From contig NC_088798.1 in assembly GCF_011386835.1 (NCBI RefSeq), forward strand, positions 108,934,001-108,998,000: a stretch of 64,000 nucleotides of DNA, written 5' to 3'. The position numbers and the translations under genes were made by a program. The notes under the pieces are model-generated. The model was not told where the DNA came from and did no database searches. It saw only the letters and a list, made by a program, of their open reading frames with translations. This DNA comes from Chrysemys picta bellii. Taxonomy: Eukaryota. This document shows, piece by piece, positions 59,896-64,000 of this stretch. Within the stretch, counting starts at the first letter, position 1. The number at the start of each line of letters is the position of its first letter.

Positions 59896-62800
59896 GCCAC
59901 CTTGTTGACCAATTGACTAAAAGACTAAAAACTTGCTCACTCCCTAAGAAAAGAACACGCATGTCTATGTGTAGTGGCCTTTTGAAACCACCAGCCGTAT
60001 AAAGTGATACAGAGTCTTGAAAGGCTGTGTGGTCTAGAAGGAAGAACACAGACCTCCTGAGTTCAAATCTGACTCTTCCACTCATGCACTGTGTGCCCTT
60101 GGATGAGTCACTTCTTTCTGTCTCAGTTTCCCCATTTGTGTAACATGGATGCTTTGAGAGTGTGTTAGCTAGTGCTTGGGACATAGAAAAATGCTCATCA
60201 ATATCATGTGTCATGGGGCCAAATTCATCCCATGTATATGCTGGATTTACACCAGGTATAATTCAACCCATGCCTGAATCTAATACCGGCAGAGTGATGG
60301 GAAGTGAGCAAGATCTTTTCTGGTAGGTTGTCTGGTGGCAGATTAAAGTGAGGAAACTCAGAGAGGCACTCAACAAAATTCACCTTCTGTGATCTCTGCA
60401 GTTGGGGATTGGAAAACACAGCTGCTGGTGACCAGTTAGAAGAGATGGACTGGTACCAGCCCGCTGATTGATATCACAACGGGACACGTTCCCCTCTTTG
60501 TGTGTTGTGTCAGACTTAACATGCAATAGGGACACTGCCATATTCCTGCAAGCAGGGTGGAGCATGGATGTGTGTGTAGAACAGAGCTTCGTGTAACCAG
60601 AGAACCACCACACCCCACCTCCCTCAGCTTCTTTTAGGGCTGGAGATTTTCACCGTTCATCCCACCCTCTTGATGTTAATTGAGCCCTGGGGTAAGCAGG
60701 TGTCTTCAATGCTGCACTCACACCAGGAATCAGTTTGGCCCATAATGAGTATAAACCCTGCATAATTAAACGGGGGATGGTGTTAAGTGATAGGATCAAC
60801 CACTTGGGGTAACCCATTCTTACCATCACCTCCTGTCACCTGTGGGACTCTGGTGCAATCACAGACCCTGCAAGATTGTCTATTAACTCCCACTGGATGC
60901 CTGCCATGGATCTGGCCAGAGGCAGGCTTCCCCAGCTGTGCAAACTGCATTGCAATCACTCCGCAAAGCAGCCAAAAAGCTTCAGGGGCAGGGAGTCCAT
61001 CCAAACAGGGAGAATGTTCATTCAAGTTGCCGAACACTGAGCTAGGACTGGAAAGTTAGTGCTTATTCGCTTTTATTCATTTTTTTTTTTTATGTTCTCA
61101 AACTTGCTTACAGAAAAGTAAAAGTTTGAACACATCAGCAGCACATAAGGGAAAGCTGTCTGAATGATCCTGTTTTAAGTAAGCCCTCGTTATAGTGGGC
61201 AACCATTTTGGAGACCCTAATGATGAATGTCAACAAAAATCCTGGGCTAAAATGTGTTTTCCTGCTTTACCTTACTAACGCTACCTCTAGGGAAAATCCA
61301 TCCCATAATTTCTTCCTTCTACTCTAATAAACGTGGCCTGCATGATGTTCGTTTACATTTGTTGCCACACTGAGATTCATTTTGGCTTTTAAAAATTGCA
61401 CTAACAAGAGCCAAATACAGAATAATTATCAAATTCCAAAGTGTCCTAGAACAATGTTCTCTGCGTGGTGCAACCGGATATTCCAGCCTGAAAGGTATGC
61501 TCGCGGGGGGGGGGAATGCAGGGATATTTCTGGGAAGGGATCTAATTAGGAGACATGTTAACATCAGTGGTATGATAGAGCATACAGCATGTGAACTTAG
61601 GATCCCCATAAGTATGCCTTGGCTGGCTGTCTAGCTATCTGGAGGCATATAAAAGGTGAGGCATATTTTGAGAAGAGTTGGCAAATGTGGGAAGAGCCCA
61701 GTATAGTGTGTTGGAAAAATCTGGCAAGTTTAAACATTGTGTCTGGGACAAAATACCGTCAATCTGCTTACATTTGGGATTGCTGGCTTTGCTTGACATA
61801 TCAGGATCACTGCAATCGCTAGCTGGATGCTTCCTAAGACTGCGTGAAATGGCAAAGTCTATACAAATCTCAGAGCAGATGGGACTTGCCATAAAACAAG
61901 CTGCCATTCAATGTGCTAAGTGTATTGCCTCCCTCCCCCGAAATCCTTGTTCTGAATTGCCTGAACAGAAGGAATATTGTCAGAGTGAGTGTTATGGACA
62001 AGCAGCCAGCAAGTTATGAACAGCAAGTCAGAGGTCAGATTGCGTTCAGCTAAATGGCCCAAAGGTTTGGACGCTTGTCTGAATTAGGGGCTCAAACAGT
62101 GGTGTGACAGTGGAAACGGATTGCTGCCAGAGTCGCTTTCTTCTATCACTGAACAAGGCACTGTGAGTAGAGGGATTACCCTGACAGCCACTCTCTCCTT
62201 CGGCTTCCCTGGCGAGCTTCTGCCCAGAACCAGCCCTAGCCCCCTCCTGCCTGCCTGCCTTCCCACTACAGATTTAAAGAAACAGCAGCACACATATCCC
62301 TCCTTCCCACCAGCTTCTTTACCTCTTCGTAGTAAAGAGCTTCCTAATCTTGCCCTACATACAGAGGCGGTCCACTCCCTGTCCCTGGCCTAAGGAGTTG
62401 AATATACAACCCAAAGCTGCTCCGACCCCTTCTTGTGGCTGTAAATGGGAGCTGTCACAGAGCAGCCCCTCATGGCATGGGACAGTCCTGCAGACACCCT
62501 GCCTCAGTTGCTCTCAGTGTCAAAAATAATCCACTTACACGCCAAGTCTGTAAGAACAATAGTTCCCCTCTTTCAGGGGCTAGCTTATTCTGAATAACTC
62601 GCTCCCCTGTTAGATTCGGGGGTTCACAGCCCTCCTTCCTGGGCTATGCCCTAGCTGAGTTGTTCCTCCTGGGAGGGGAAGGGGACTTAGCAGCTCCTTT
62701 AATAAGCTTAGAACCTCTTTCTGGGTCACCTTCCCCCCACCTGCTCCTCAAGTGCTTAATTCTACCCAGCTGAGTGTAACAGCCCCGAGCACCTGTCTGC

Positions 62801-63374
62801 ACTGCCTGGGGGAGGGGAGCTTTGCCCTCTCTCCCTACAAGGCTTTTGGTCCCAGATCCTCAAAGGCATACAGGCCCCTAACTCCCACCAAAATTCCCAT
62901 GAGGATCTGCCCAGATTTAGGCCCCACGGTGATCCACAACCCACCACTCAGCTGCCGCCTACTCTCGCAGGTGCCTAAACTCACTCGGCACCTACGTTTC
63001 TGCTCCTGGGCACATCCTGCAGCCTCAGACCGGTGCCTGTCCCCCTATCTCCTGCCCAGCCCCCGGTGTGAGCCCCGAGCCCGGGGGAGGCCTGTCTCGC
63101 CTGTGGGGCATGGTTCAGCATGCCCAACTCCACACAAAACAGCTGGGGCGAAGGGGACCTCCCTTGTAAGCACTAGCCCAGGTGTGAGGATCTCGCCTGG
63201 GATGTGGGGGAACCATGCTGAATTGCCCTGTCTGCCAGATGAGTAGAGGGTTTTGAACAGGGGGTTCCCATCTTTGAGACGGGGCCCTTAATCTCTGGAC
63301 TATGGGTGGTCTGATGTGAGGCTGCCTCAGTCTCTCCTGTTAAAGTTGCTCCACTTTGTGTTAACTATGAATTG

Positions 63375-63545
63375 GGAGAGGGATAGCTCAGTGGTTTGAG
63401 CATTGGCCTGCTAAACCCAGGCTTGTGAGTTCAATCCTTGAGGGGGCCACTTAGGGATCTGGGGCAAAATCAGTACTTGGCCCTGCTAGTGAAGGCAGGG
63501 GGCTGGACTCAATGACCTTTCAAGGTCCCTTCCAGTTCTAGAAGA
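63375..63545 (+). mobile_element. tRNA-derived SINE (tortoise PolIII/SINE type)
   Basis: A box GATAGCTCAGTGG, B box GTTCAATCC and a CR1-like 3' end. Confidence 0.85.
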
Positions 63546-64000
63546 TGGGCCAGAAAGAGAGACTGACTCTGCAGTTAGGACCTGCTCTGGCTTGAGATGT
63601 GGGGAACCCTGGTTCAAATCCCCTTTGCTCATCAAGCAGTGGAGGGAATTGAGCCAGGGTGTGTGTCTCTCTCATTACCATTGTATCTTTAGTGGTAAGA
63701 TAAGACACCCATGGTACAGTTGGGGAACGGAGCCACAAAGTTCAAGATCACACAGGGAATATGTAGCAAAGGTGAGAATTATTAACACCTGTCCAGCCAG
63801 GTCCTAGGCGAGCTGTTCTCTCAGAGACACTGATGTAGGACTTAATCAACTGGTGCCACAGCCCTGGGTGTGGTTCCTGCTCTGTTTTTGATATACTTGT
63901 CATTTTCCTCTCTGGAAAAGGAAATGTGATGCTGTAGTACAGAAATCTCCCATAAATTGGGCCCCCTGGTGCACATTGCTAGTATTACACACTATTCTCA

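Noticed and set aside
1-64000. CRISPR arrays, rRNA genes or prokaryotic systems
   Set aside because: No regularly spaced short direct repeats or rRNA-like sequence were seen; the DNA is vertebrate, with introns and retroelements.

Overview
Eukaryotic genomic DNA, most likely from a turtle (inferred from tortoise PolIII-type tRNA-derived SINEs alongside CR1 LINEs, Penelope elements and solo LTRs). From 0 to 54.4 kb it holds a minus-strand tandem array of small 4-exon Kazal-type protease inhibitor (SPINK6/ovomucoid domain 3-like) genes that the ORF track misses, because the exons are only 58, 23, 116 and 46 or 82 nt. Manual splicing gives five complete genes with open frames, one gene cut by the left edge and one truncated relic. 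The five reactive-site P1 residues are L, E, R, R and E. All five carry a seventh, unpaired cysteine. Two paralogs have a new acidic C-terminal tail ending KDDL or REDL, similar to an ER-retrieval signal. The Kazal exon of the two closest paralogs differs at 20/116 nt, while the adjacent intron differs at 4/300 nt. The array is heavily invaded by mobile elements, including a full-length CR1 with one nonsense codon and a Penelope element with hammerhead ribozyme motifs. From 54.45 to 64 kb the DNA is mostly unique, with one tentative plus-strand spliced ORF.
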